Below the pieces are notes generated by a model, which was not told the DNA's origin, made no database searches, and was given only the letters and a program-made list of their open reading frames with translations. A stretch of 32,000 nt of DNA from Methanothermobacter thermautotrophicus str. Delta H (lineage in GTDB: Archaea; Methanobacteriota; Methanobacteria; Methanobacteriales; Methanothermobacteraceae), in the NCBI RefSeq assembly GCF_000008645.1, contig NC_000916.1:1380001-1412000 (forward strand), written 5' to 3'. Shown piece by piece: positions 9,346-19,300 of the stretch (the stretch's first letter is position 1; every line of letters starts with the position of its first letter). The translations under genes and the position numbers were made by a program.

Positions 9346-9414
9346 TGCTGAATGCAGAAACATTATCGACTGAGTACATAAATTCTGGAGTAAAACGATG
9401 CTGAATGCAGAAAC
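9346..9414 (+). repeat. exact 16-nt direct repeat TGCTGAATGCAGAAAC (9346-9361 and 9399-9414) duplicating the truD start
   Basis: Read directly; offset 53 nt. Confidence 0.95.
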
Positions 9415-10645
9415 CTATGTCACATCAACAGAGGGGACCGGTGGAAGAATAAGGGTGCATAACAGGGACTTTGAGGTGGAGGAGATCCCCCTCACAGAGC
9501 CCAGTGGCAGCGGCCCAAACACATGGATATGGATAGAGAAGGAGGGCAGGACAACCCTCGACGTCCTCCTCGACATTGCAAGGGAACTCCACCTTGACAG
9601 GAGAAGGATGGGATTCGCTGGCATGAAGGATAAGAGGGCCGTCACCAGACAGTGGATATGTGTGAGCAACACAGCACCCTCAGAGGTTAAGGCCATAGAG
9701 GAAAGGATAAGAAACGTTAAATTCCTCAGGGTCACAGCAAATGAGAAGAAACTCCGGATGGGCCAGCTGTTGGGCAACCGTTTCAGGATCCTGATAAGGG
9801 ACACCGAAATCGATGAACCCCTGGAAACAGCCAAGGCCACCCTCCAGGAACTTGAGGATAAGGGTGTCCCGAATTACTATGGCTGGCAGCGCTTTGGGAG
9901 TCCAAGGGCAAACACGCACCTTGTTGGACGGGCACTTGTCCATGGCGATGTAAAGGGCGCGGTTGACAGCTACATAGGTAACCCCCTTGAGGGGGAATCA
10001 GAGATTGTTTCAGAGGCCAGGAGGGCCTATGACAGGGGCGACCTTGAGGAGGCATATGAGCTCATGCCATCATCAATGAGGTATGAGAGGATGATGCTGA
10101 GACCGATGCTCAGGGATCTACGTAGGGGTGAGTTCTCAGATGAATCATACGTGAGGGCCATCCATGCACTTCCGAAGCCCCTGAAGAGGATGTTCGTCCA
10201 CGCCTACCAGTCATACCTCTTCAACCGGGCAGTAAGTGAGAGGGCGGCCCTCGGCATAAACACCCACATCCCCGGCGATATAGTCATTGATAATGACCAG
10301 CACATAATACATGACGCTGATCCAGATGAACTGGAGGAGCTGATCCTAAACTTCGAGGCCCATCCGACAGCACCCTTATATGGCAGCAAGGTCCCCCTTG
10401 CCAGTGGAAGGCCCGGTGAGATTGAGAGGAGGATACTTGAGGATGAGGGAGTGTCCCTTGAGGACTTCAACTCAATAAAGGTCCCCAAACTTGGAAGCCA
10501 TGGCATGAGGAGGGCGATACGCTTCAGGATATGGGACGTGGATGCCCATGAGAGCCAGGAGGGCCTTACAGTTGAATTCTCAATACCCAGGGGGTGCTAT
10601 GCAACCTCTGTTTTAAGGGAGATCATGAAAAAGGATGTTGTCTAG
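9398..10645 (+). CDS. truD: tRNA pseudouridine(13) synthase TruD
   Basis: [52 protein letters not shown]; GGAG Shine-Dalgarno 9387-9390 before ATG 9398. Confidence 0.96.
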
Positions 10646-10730
10646 GTCTTCAGACATGCAGGTGGGTCCATGGATTTTACTGAATATCCGTGACCACTTA
10701 CTGAATGATTAAAGGTATGGAGATGATCCG

Positions 10731-11126
10731 GTGGAAGTTGACTGCAGAGTTATATCACGTGGAAAGGGAAGAGGTCCAGTTCTGGTATCAACCGAACCAT
10801 TGAGCTTTCTCGGAGGAGTTGATCCCGGCACAGGGAGGGTTATTGACCAGAAACACCCATTACATGGCAGGAGCATTAGGGGGAAGGTTCTCCTCATACC
10901 CGGCGGTAAGGGCTCCACGGTGGGGTCCTATGTCATATTTCAGATGGCAAAGAACGAAACAGCTCCGGCCGCCATAATATGCCTGAACGCGGAGCCAATA
11001 ATCGCAACCGGGGCCATAATGGCTGGAATACCCATGGTGGACAGACCCTCGGAGGACCTCCTCGGTCTTCTGGAGGATTCAATGGAGGTTGAGGTGGATG
11101 CTGATGAGGGAAAAATCAGGTTCTAG
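10731..11126 (+). CDS. AcnX swivel domain protein: phosphomevalonate dehydratase small subunit (former DUF126)
   Basis: [71 protein letters not shown], ending with ...AGIPMVDRP. Confidence 0.92.
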   Translation: MEVDCRVISRGKGRGPVLVSTEPLSFLGGVDPGTGRVIDQKHPLHGRSIRGKVLLIPGGKGSTVGSYVIFQMAKNETAPAAIICLNAEPIIATGAIMAGIPMVDRPSEDLLGLLEDSMEVEVDADEGKIRF

Positions 11127-11473
11127 TCCCTGAAGGACCCCAGTATGCTGCCGGCGCTCCCACCAAGGAATCCAAGGCTCATATCACCTGCAAGGGCGTA
11201 TATGAGTATTGAGAGGATCGGCATATTCATGATACCAGTTTTGATGTAGACCATGAGGATGTTTATGATGCCAACGGCGGCCCCCATGATAACCCCGTTC
11301 ACCGCACCGTTGAGATAATCCTTATCTGCGATGTAACCGCAGGCCACAGAGGCCAGGAGAATTGAAAGCACGCCCATCAATGAGGGGATCAGTAATCTGA
11401 GGAGGGGTCCAAGGATGACTGTAAGGATGATACCAGAAACAACTGCCTTCCAGTTAACTTCAATTTCCATCAT
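11123..11473 (-). CDS. small hydrophobic membrane protein (DUF5518-like)
   Basis: 116 aa with several Gly/Ile-rich hydrophobic segments; family assignment from memory. Confidence 0.7.
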   Translation of the reverse strand: MMEIEVNWKAVVSGIILTVILGPLLRLLIPSLMGVLSILLASVACGYIADKDYLNGAVNGVIMGAAVGIINILMVYIKTGIMNMPILSILIYALAGDMSLGFLGGSAGSILGSFRD

Positions 11474-11597
11474 CGATCACCATGAATAATAATTTATGAT
11501 GGATATATAATCTTATGGTCGAAAGGGTAATGATGCTCCAGATAAAAGTAAGAACCTGCTGGATCGGGGTTCATTCATGGGATAATTTGAACGGTTT

Positions 11598-12182
11598 TTG
11601 GGTGCTAAGGAGTTGCATTTCATGATTATTGATGATTTTAATGATTATAAGCTCTCATTTTTTGATGATAAATGGTTACCGGTTTTTCTGATCGTCTGGT
11701 TAACGGTATTCCTCCTTTCCCATCCTGACATGAACTTTAAGCTCCTGGCGGGCCTGATCTTTTCCACCATAATAATCGTCTATAAACCGGAGGGCTTCCT
11801 TGAGGACCATAAAAGGAGGATCTTCATCTTAACAGTCATACTGTATCCCCCCGCTGAATTTGCACTGAAGCTACTGGCTGCCTCAGGGCCCCTTGCAGTT
11901 AACATGGCCGAGCACTTTACTGCGGGTCTTGTGGTGGCAATTTATCTTTCAACACTCCTCCATGGCGCACTCAAAAAACTGAGCCAGTGGGAGAGGTTCA
12001 TGTTCACGGTATCGGCTGCAGTCCTCTTCTGTCTCTTATATGAAATCACAGGGTTTTTAATCTACTATGAGCCATCTGCTGCCCTGTACTCAGACACAAT
12101 GAGGGACCTCTCAATGAACATGGCCGGTGCGGTCATGGTAGCTGCACTCATCTCCGACTATGAGGGAAAATCTAGAATATAG
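11598..12182 (+). CDS. multi-pass membrane protein of unknown function (194 aa)
   Basis: Five or more hydrophobic segments; LLYEITGFLIYY...AGAVMVAALISDYEGK C-terminal region. Confidence 0.75.
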   Translation: MGAKELHFMIIDDFNDYKLSFFDDKWLPVFLIVWLTVFLLSHPDMNFKLLAGLIFSTIIIVYKPEGFLEDHKRRIFILTVILYPPAEFALKLLAASGPLAVNMAEHFTAGLVVAIYLSTLLHGALKKLSQWERFMFTVSAAVLFCLLYEITGFLIYYEPSAALYSDTMRDLSMNMAGAVMVAALISDYEGKSRI

Positions 12183-12261
12183 GTTTTTATGTTCTCGGTA
12201 ACGATGGATGAGTTACAGCAGATAGTACTGAGAAAATCTAGAATATAGGTTTTCATGTTCT
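12166..12261 (+). repeat. 30-nt imperfect direct repeat GAAAATCTAGAATATAGGTTTTTATGTTCT (12166-12195) / GAAAATCTAGAATATAGGTTTTCATGTTCT (12232-12261)
   Basis: 29 of 30 bases identical, offset 66 nt; first copy contains the stop codon of the 11598-12182 gene. Confidence 0.95.
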
Positions 12262-12286
12262 GGATGGAGCCAGCAGTTCAAGCTGG

Positions 12287-12550
12287 TCACGGGAACGATG
12301 GAGGTATCGGTTCTGGCTCCGGGCCAGGGCCGGAGGTGTTATTTGTCGGCGGGTTCTCCGAGGCACTTCCACTATCGGTACTGCAGCGTACCTCCCCGGT
12401 GTCCTGGGCAGAGTTTAGTCTGCTCCTCTGGAAGTAGGACCTGTAGATTATCAGTGAGAGTATTGCAATGACCACTATGGCTCCGAAGAGGAGTATGTAT
12501 TCTGAGGATGACTGACCGGATTCATCCAGTAAAAATGATTCAGAAAACAT
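12287..12550 (-). CDS. class III signal peptide (type IV pilin-like) protein, 87 aa
   Basis: SGQSSSEYILLFGAIVVIAILSLIIY matches the archaeal QxSxEY class III signal/H-domain motif; Pro-rich C-terminus. Confidence 0.88.
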   Translation of the reverse strand: MFSESFLLDESGQSSSEYILLFGAIVVIAILSLIIYRSYFQRSRLNSAQDTGEVRCSTDSGSASENPPTNNTSGPGPEPEPIPPSFP

Positions 12551-12564
12551 GTAGATCAGCCCCT

Positions 12565-12603
12565 AAATCTATATAGGTATATAGGTTCCGTTGTATATAT
12601 ATT
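12565..12603. promoter_or_regulatory. shared divergent promoter region with TATA-like elements for the pilin-like gene (-) and amidohydrolase gene (+)
   Basis: TCTATATAGGTATATAGG and TTGTATATATATTTTC between divergent genes. Confidence 0.6.
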
Positions 12604-12653
12604 TTCCTTACAGAATTGAAGGTGACCATAAGGGTATTTTCAGGGGTTTTTAC

Positions 12654-13865
12654 ATGAGATTTGCAGTGAAGGGTGAATTTCTGGACATCTATTCAGGGGA
12701 GCATGAAAGGAGGTACGTGCTTGTTGATAAGGGGAGGATAACCGCCATTGAGAGTAGTGTCACAGGTGTTGAGGTTATTGATGCCTCTGATAAGTTCATT
12801 CTACCAGGCTTCATTGACCTGCACACCCATCTAATGGAGGATGGGTTCAGGACAGAGAGCAAACTTGAGGATCCACTCTCACTCTACTTCTACGGGGCCC
12901 TTGACAATATGAGGGCAACCCTCCAGGCAGGTGTTACAACGGTAAGGGATGCGGGTCTTGCAGACCTCGGTGTTAAGATGGCCTCCGACCGGCACATCAT
13001 CCAGGCGCCCCGGATGCAGATAAGCGTCACGCCCCTATCAATCACGGGGGGGCACTTCGACTTTCACACAAGATCAGGACTCAACATTGAAAGGAGATAC
13101 AGGGGGCTACCCTCCGGTATCTGTGATGGGATCCCATCTGTGAGGAAGAGGACGAGGGAGGTCCTGAGGGCTGGGGCGGATGTTGTTAAGGTAATGGCGA
13201 CTGGTGGAGTCATGAGCAGCACGGACAGACCATCGGACACCCAGTTCACACCGTCAGAACTTGCAGCCATAGTTGAGGAGGCATCATTCAGGGGTAAAAA
13301 TGTTATGGTCCATGCCCATGGTCTCCAGGGGATAAAGAATTCCATAAAGGCGGGTGTTCATTCAGTTGAACATGGAACATACCTGGATAAAAGGACCGCC
13401 AGGTTGATGGCTGAAAGGGGCGTCTACCTGGTACCAACATTCCTGGTAACCCGCCTCAACAATGATAAGGCCCTGAGGGGAGAACTGGCGGAATACAGCC
13501 GCAGGGACGCCATTGAGGTGGCAGAAGTCCACCGGGAGAACATGGAGATGGCCTACAATGAGGGTGTGCGGATGGTTATGGGCACAGATTCAGGTGTTGT
13601 TGAGCATGGAATGAACCTGCTTGAACTATCCTACCTTACAGAGACCGGCATGGAGCCACTGGAAGCCATAAGGGCTGGAACCATACATGCAGCCGAATGC
13701 ATGGGGTGGGAGGACCGGATAGGTTCAATAGAAAAGGGTAAAATTGCAGATATTGTTGTAACTGAGGTGAATCCGGTGGAGGAGATAGACGAACTTTCCA
13801 GGCCCGGGAACGTGCTCCTGGTTGTGAGGGATGGCATAATCTACAGGGATGAGCTGGTCTATTGA
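12654..13865 (+). CDS. amidohydrolase family metal-dependent hydrolase (imidazolonepropionase/prolidase-like)
   Basis: FILPGFIDLHTHLMEDG, VMVHAHGLQGI, HSVEHGT, MVMGTDSG, GKIADIVV; ATG 12654 chosen because the 12591 TTG of the ORF track lies in the TATA box. Confidence 0.9.
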   Translation: MRFAVKGEFLDIYSGEHERRYVLVDKGRITAIESSVTGVEVIDASDKFILPGFIDLHTHLMEDGFRTESKLEDPLSLYFYGALDNMRATLQAGVTTVRDAGLADLGVKMASDRHIIQAPRMQISVTPLSITGGHFDFHTRSGLNIERRYRGLPSGICDGIPSVRKRTREVLRAGADVVKVMATGGVMSSTDRPSDTQFTPSELAAIVEEASFRGKNVMVHAHGLQGIKNSIKAGVHSVEHGTYLDKRTARLMAERGVYLVPTFLVTRLNNDKALRGELAEYSRRDAIEVAEVHRENMEMAYNEGVRMVMGTDSGVVEHGMNLLELSYLTETGMEPLEAIRAGTIHAAECMGWEDRIGSIEKGKIADIVVTEVNPVEEIDELSRPGNVLLVVRDGIIYRDELVY

Positions 13866-13908
13866 TTGGCTGAAGTTCAGGTTGAATCATGGATCTGGTG
13901 GAATGTAA

Positions 13909-16281
13909 ATGAAAAGAATAACGATAAGGATAGGCGGGATGGGGTGCGCTGCATGCGCACTGAAGATCGAGGAGGCCCTCAGAAAACTGGATGGAATCCG
14001 CGATGCTGCGGTCAACCTGGTTGAGGGAAAGGTTTCAGTTGAGTATGACCCCCGGAGGGTTGATCTCTCCGATATGGAGGCCGCCATTGAGGACGCCGGC
14101 TACACTGTACTCAATGAGAACATAGCCATGGCTGTGGGTGGTATGAGCTGTGCGATGTGTGTACAGAAAATAGAATCCGCCCTGAGGGGACTTGAGGGCG
14201 TAAGCAATGCCACAGTCAACCTCGCAGCTGAAAAGGCCTACATCTCCTATAACCCATCCCTGACCTCTGTGGAGGACCTCAAAAGGACGGTGGAGGATCT
14301 TGGATACACCGTGAGGGGTCTGGAGGGTGAAGAGATCAGTGAGGACCTGAAACCAAAAATTAGAAGAATAATAGTGGGTTTCGGAGTGTCAGTCCCCCTG
14401 ATGGCGATGATGTACCTCGGTCTACAGCCCCCAGGTGGGGGTATATCCATGCTACTGGTGTCAATCATACCATTCATCTATGTCTCAGGACCGATATTCA
14501 GGGGGGCCCTCAGATCACTGAGATCCGGGACACTTGACATGGATGTAATGTACTCAATGGGTATAGGAGTCGCCTTCCTTTCAAGCATCCTGGGCACCGC
14601 AGGGATTCTCCCATCCGATTTCATGTTCTATGACACCGCACTTATGCTGGCATCCTTCCTCACCCTTGGAAGGTACCTGGAGGCAGGTGCCCGGGGTAAA
14701 ACATCAGAGGCAGTGAGGAGGCTCATGGAACTCCAGCCAGACACCGCCACGGTCCTCAGGGACGGCAGGGAGGTTGAGGTGAGGATCCACGAGATAGATG
14801 TGGGTGATGAGGTAATTGTGAGACCAGGGGACAGGGTACCCGCTGATGGAAAGGTTGTGGAGGGATCCTCCTATGTGGATGAGTTCATGATAACAGGTGA
14901 GCCCCTCCCGGCCCTTAAAACACCCGGATCAGAGGTCGTTGCAGGTACAATAAACACTGACGGCATCCTGAGGTTCAGGGTTGAACGCACCGGTGATGAA
15001 ACCTTCCTTTCAGGTATAATAAAACTCGTTGACGAGGCCCAGGCATCAAAGCCTCCCATACAGAGGATTGCTGACCGGGCAGTATCCTATTTCATACCCG
15101 CAGTTCTGCTTGTTGCAACATCAGCCTTCCTCTTCTGGTACCTTGTTGAAGGTGCAGGGTTACTCCTGTCCATCACGGTTCTCATATCCGTACTTGTGGT
15201 GGCCTGTCCATGCGCACTGGGCCTTGCAACACCAACCGCTGTCACAGCAGGTATAGGCAGGGGCGCTGAACTTGGAATACTCATAAAGAAGGGTGAGGCC
15301 CTTGAGGTATCCGACAGGATATCGTGCGTGATCTTCGATAAAACAGGTACACTGACACTGGGAAGGCCCAGGGTCACAGACATGGTTGGTGATGTGCTGG
15401 GCCTGGCAGCGGCCCTTGAGAGAAAATCCAGGCACCCCATTGCAGCTGCAGTAACTGAGAGGGCCGAGGAGGAAGGGGTTGACGTCCCGGAGGCCGAGGA
15501 CTTCCGGGCCATACCCGGCATGGGACTTGAGGGGATGGTGGACTCACACCATGTACTTGCAGGTAACCGGGCCCTCATGGAGAAATACGGCATCCCCCTG
15601 GAACACTGGGACCCTGAAAAATTTGAATCAGATGGGAAGACGGTGGTCATAGTCGCAGTGGATGGCGAGGTGAAGGGGATCATAGCGGTCTCAGATGAGA
15701 TAAAGCCTGGTTCAGCGCGGGCTGTCAGGGAACTGGAGAGGATGGGAATAGGCACTGCAATGATAACCGGGGACAACCGGAAAACCGCGGAGGCTGTGGC
15801 CCGTGAGGTGGGGATAGGGACCGTGATTGCAGAGGTCCTCCCACAGGATAAGGCAACAAGGGTGGCCGAGCTTCGAGAAAGGGGTGAAGGAGTCGCCTTT
15901 GTCGGGGACGGTATAAACGATGCCCCCGCACTTGCAGAGGCCGACCTCGGAGTGGCGGTTGGTAGCGGAACAGACATAGCCCGGGAGGCCGGTGAGGTGG
16001 TCCTCATGGGAGATGACCCACTTGATGTTCCAGCGGCCCTCCAGCTGGCAGGGAAGGTCATATCAAGGATCCGGCAGAACATCTTCTGGGCCTTCGCCTA
16101 CAACGTTGTGCTGATTCCACTGGCTGCCGGAGCCCTTTACCCCCTCGGAATCGTATTCAGACCAGAATACGCGGGTCTGGCAATGGCCCTCAGTTCAGTG
16201 ACAGTGGTATCCCTCTCACTCACCCTCAGGGGATACACCCCACCTGCAAGAAGGTTGAGGGAGAAGCAGGGAGAAGGTTAA
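13909..16281 (+). CDS. copA: copper-exporting P1B-type ATPase with two N-terminal heavy-metal-associated domains
   Basis: GGMGCAAC and GGMSCAMC metal-binding motifs, CPCALGLATP, DKTGTLT, RHPIAA, GDGINDAPAL; C-terminal MxxSS-type motif (MALSSVTVVSLSL). Confidence 0.94.
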   Translation: MKRITIRIGGMGCAACALKIEEALRKLDGIRDAAVNLVEGKVSVEYDPRRVDLSDMEAAIEDAGYTVLNENIAMAVGGMSCAMCVQKIESALRGLEGVSNATVNLAAEKAYISYNPSLTSVEDLKRTVEDLGYTVRGLEGEEISEDLKPKIRRIIVGFGVSVPLMAMMYLGLQPPGGGISMLLVSIIPFIYVSGPIFRGALRSLRSGTLDMDVMYSMGIGVAFLSSILGTAGILPSDFMFYDTALMLASFLTLGRYLEAGARGKTSEAVRRLMELQPDTATVLRDGREVEVRIHEIDVGDEVIVRPGDRVPADGKVVEGSSYVDEFMITGEPLPALKTPGSEVVAGTINTDGILRFRVERTGDETFLSGIIKLVDEAQASKPPIQRIADRAVSYFIPAVLLVATSAFLFWYLVEGAGLLLSITVLISVLVVACPCALGLATPTAVTAGIGRGAELGILIKKGEALEVSDRISCVIFDKTGTLTLGRPRVTDMVGDVLGLAAALERKSRHPIAAAVTERAEEEGVDVPEAEDFRAIPGMGLEGMVDSHHVLAGNRALMEKYGIPLEHWDPEKFESDGKTVVIVAVDGEVKGIIAVSDEIKPGSARAVRELERMGIGTAMITGDNRKTAEAVAREVGIGTVIAEVLPQDKATRVAELRERGEGVAFVGDGINDAPALAEADLGVAVGSGTDIAREAGEVVLMGDDPLDVPAALQLAGKVISRIRQNIFWAFAYNVVLIPLAAGALYPLGIVFRPEYAGLAMALSSVTVVSLSLTLRGYTPPARRLREKQGEG

Positions 16282-16305
16282 TTTCAGGAGCTGGAGCGTA
16301 AATCG

Positions 16306-19300
16306 TTAAAGGAATACGTCGAGTGAGCTCTGTTTTGAGCGGTCACTTTCAAAGAGGGAGTTGACACCGTACTCCAGTATCTCGATGCGCTGCATCAGGT
16401 AGGGATCTATGGGATACCTTGATGCGAGTTCCTTTGATATCTCAAGGTACTTTATTACGGAACCCTTGGAGACGGTGAGCACAAGGTTACCCCCGCATCT
16501 GCACTCCCCGCTGAGGGGTATGCGACGGTACTTCCGGTTGCACTTTGTGCACCGGACCTTCTGGCGTGAGAAGGCCCTTATGTTACCCATCATGTCAGGG
16601 AGGAAGTGTGACATGAGGACTCCCTCAACAACACTCCGCTGATCAACAGCCCTTATCTTCTCTGCAAGGGTTATCTGTGATTCCACCTTCTCCTTCATGG
16701 TCGGTAGCAGCTTGTAGAGGCACACCTTCGGACCCTCATCTATCCTGGAGGTGTTATGGGAGAACATGAGGCCAGTGTACTGTTCAGGCTTCCCGAGGCG
16801 CTTCTCAACGTTGTCTATAACATCAAGCACTTCCGATGGCCTCGGGTGGTCAAAACTCCTTTCATAGACCTCCAGGGGTATCATGTCCATGGTGTCTATG
16901 TTGTGGGATTCATCATCGATCTCCTCTGGATCTATCCTGGTGGATAAAACAAGGGGGGCGTCCATGCTGCCACCCCTTGAACTGGGTAGATATGACTTTG
17001 AAAAGTTGAGGAGGGCGTCCAGTAGGAGCATCACCGAGTCCTCATCACTGTCGCAGTTCCTCCTCTTGGCTGAATGGAAGTATGGATGGGCGTAGCATGC
17101 AGATGCACCTGTAAATCCTATGATTCTTCCAAGGACAGCTGCAGAGGTGTGGGGTGCGAGGCCGGCTATCAGGTGACCCACAAGGTCCTCCCTTGTTTTA
17201 ACATTGTAGAACCTTTCAAGGTCATAGAACCTCTCGAGGAGGTCATCGACGAAGTTTGCAACCCTCACCAGGTAGTCTGCACAGTCCTCGGAGATGACAA
17301 CATCCTGGACCCTCAGTTCAAGTATCTGATCCTCATCCTCAAGTTCATCTCCATAACAGTCCCTGGTGTAGCCAAGCTCCCTGAGCCTTTCAACACTCAC
17401 ACCCACCTCACGGGGCGTGAAGTGCGTCAGGGGGAGGTCTGTGGAGTCATGGCGTATCGTGGCATCCTTGAAGGTGTAAACATCATTCTTGGCCCTCAGT
17501 ATACCCTTTTCGAGGGGTTCAGGGAATTTTTCGGCGGATATCATACCCTCAACCCCCTTTATTTCATCTAACTTACGCACCGAAACATTTTCAGCCGCCC
17601 TTTTCAGAAGGGCCGCCAGGTTGATATTTCTCTTACCTGGCTCTCCTATCACGGTCCTTGAGCCGCAGCTCGGGCAGATGGACTGCATGGAGCTGACCCT
17701 GCATGATGGACAGGTGGCACGTCCTATTTCGACAGTAATGGAACCCTTCTTTGCAGCGTCGGGTATGTTGCGCCGGCTACCCCCATACTTTCCGATTGGG
17801 AAGAGGACATGGGGGGCTGGTCTCATCTTTCTCTCCTTGGTCTTTTCAGGCCGCCCGACACGTGTGCCGATGTAGGTGGGGGCCTTCTTCATTATTCTGA
17901 CCGGGGAGACCCTGTTCAGTGCCTCCACAGTATCAGATGAATCCTCAAGGGGCTTCCTGAGGGTCTTTATAAGTGCATGGGCGTCATCATGCCCTATAAC
18001 TACCCTGGAATCCTTCACCCTGTGAGGGACCCCAAGGATCTCCAGTATCCTCTTCTCTGGTCTGAGCTCAAGAACTAGTTCATCCTCCAGCTGTGAGGTG
18101 TTAAGCCACTCCCTGAGCATGTTGAGTTCCCTGACGGTCACATCATGATAGAAGTAGGTGTAGCGTGGATGCAGGGGTACATCGTATTCCTCTGAAATCC
18201 TGAAGGCATCCCCGGCACTCACCTCCAGTTCATTCCAGCGGGTCCTGTAGTATGATAGGTTGAGGGGGTCGTCCCCGGGATATTTAGGGGATGAGAGGAT
18301 GGTCTGTATCCACCACTCCTCACACCAGCCCGCCGGCATCAGGACGTGGTTGTTCCTTAAAAATTCACCGAAGGCCACCAGCATATCACCGAGGAAGAGT
18401 ATCTCCTCAACCTCTGACCTGACCCGGGACGCGGTTTCAGCATCCTCAATCCGTATAACGTCACCGTTCCTGAGTTTGACCACAGGCCCATCTATTGTGT
18501 CGACCGGGACCACACAGTTACCCTTACCTGGCCTTTCGATTTTCATCTGGGTCCCGACGGCCAGAAACTGGAGGAGCTCCATTGTGGCAGGGTGCACCCC
18601 CATGGCTGCAAGGCCGGTGTTACGGGCCCTCCCGTACCTCAAACGGAAGGCACCCTTCTCTGAGGGGTAGGCAAGGACGGGTCTTCCACCTATTATATCC
18701 TCAACGTATTTACTGTCTGCCTTCACAACAACCTTTTCCTCTCCTTCACCCTTCTTGGGTGCCTTTGAGAACTTTTCAAGCCAGTCCCAGCCCTCAAGTT
18801 TCAGCTGCTTGGCGTACTTGAGGACCTTGGGTGCCTTCTGTATAACCCCCTCAACCATGGCCAGGAGGGCGCCCCCACGGATGTTGTTTGTTTCAACCCT
18901 TTCAAGGTCCCTGTGGGACACCTCCACCTTATCCGTGGGTTCCCCTGTCACCTCAACAGGGATTTTGCTGGCTGCAAGGCGCACCTCATCGGGCTTCGGT
19001 GAGTACTGGAGGTTCGTGACCTCTGATTCATAGAGTTCAACCTCCTCAACGTACCTTTCAATCTCCCTCTCTACTGGTTTGTACCTGTCCAGGCCCACAG
19101 CCAGGCGTATGTAATCTGCTATGAGGACTGAGAGGGCTGCGGCTGTACCCCCGGCGCTCCTGATGGGCCCTGCGAAGTACACTGCCAGGTACCGGGATTT
19201 GTCGAAGTTCTCCTTTATCCTGACCCTGGCTATACCCTCAAGGGGCGCTGCAACCACACCCTCAGTGAGTATTGCAAGGGCTGTCCTCAGGGCCTGATCT

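Noticed and set aside
15087-16082. 331-aa minus-strand ORF opposite the copper ATPase
   Set aside because: Same antisense-of-high-GC3 artefact; the sense gene has all P-type ATPase motifs.
17489-19033. Several + strand ORFs (17489-17875, 18260-18670, 18495-18821, 18755-19033) over polC
   Set aside because: Low-complexity translations opposite a complete PolD large subunit with conserved zinc ribbons.
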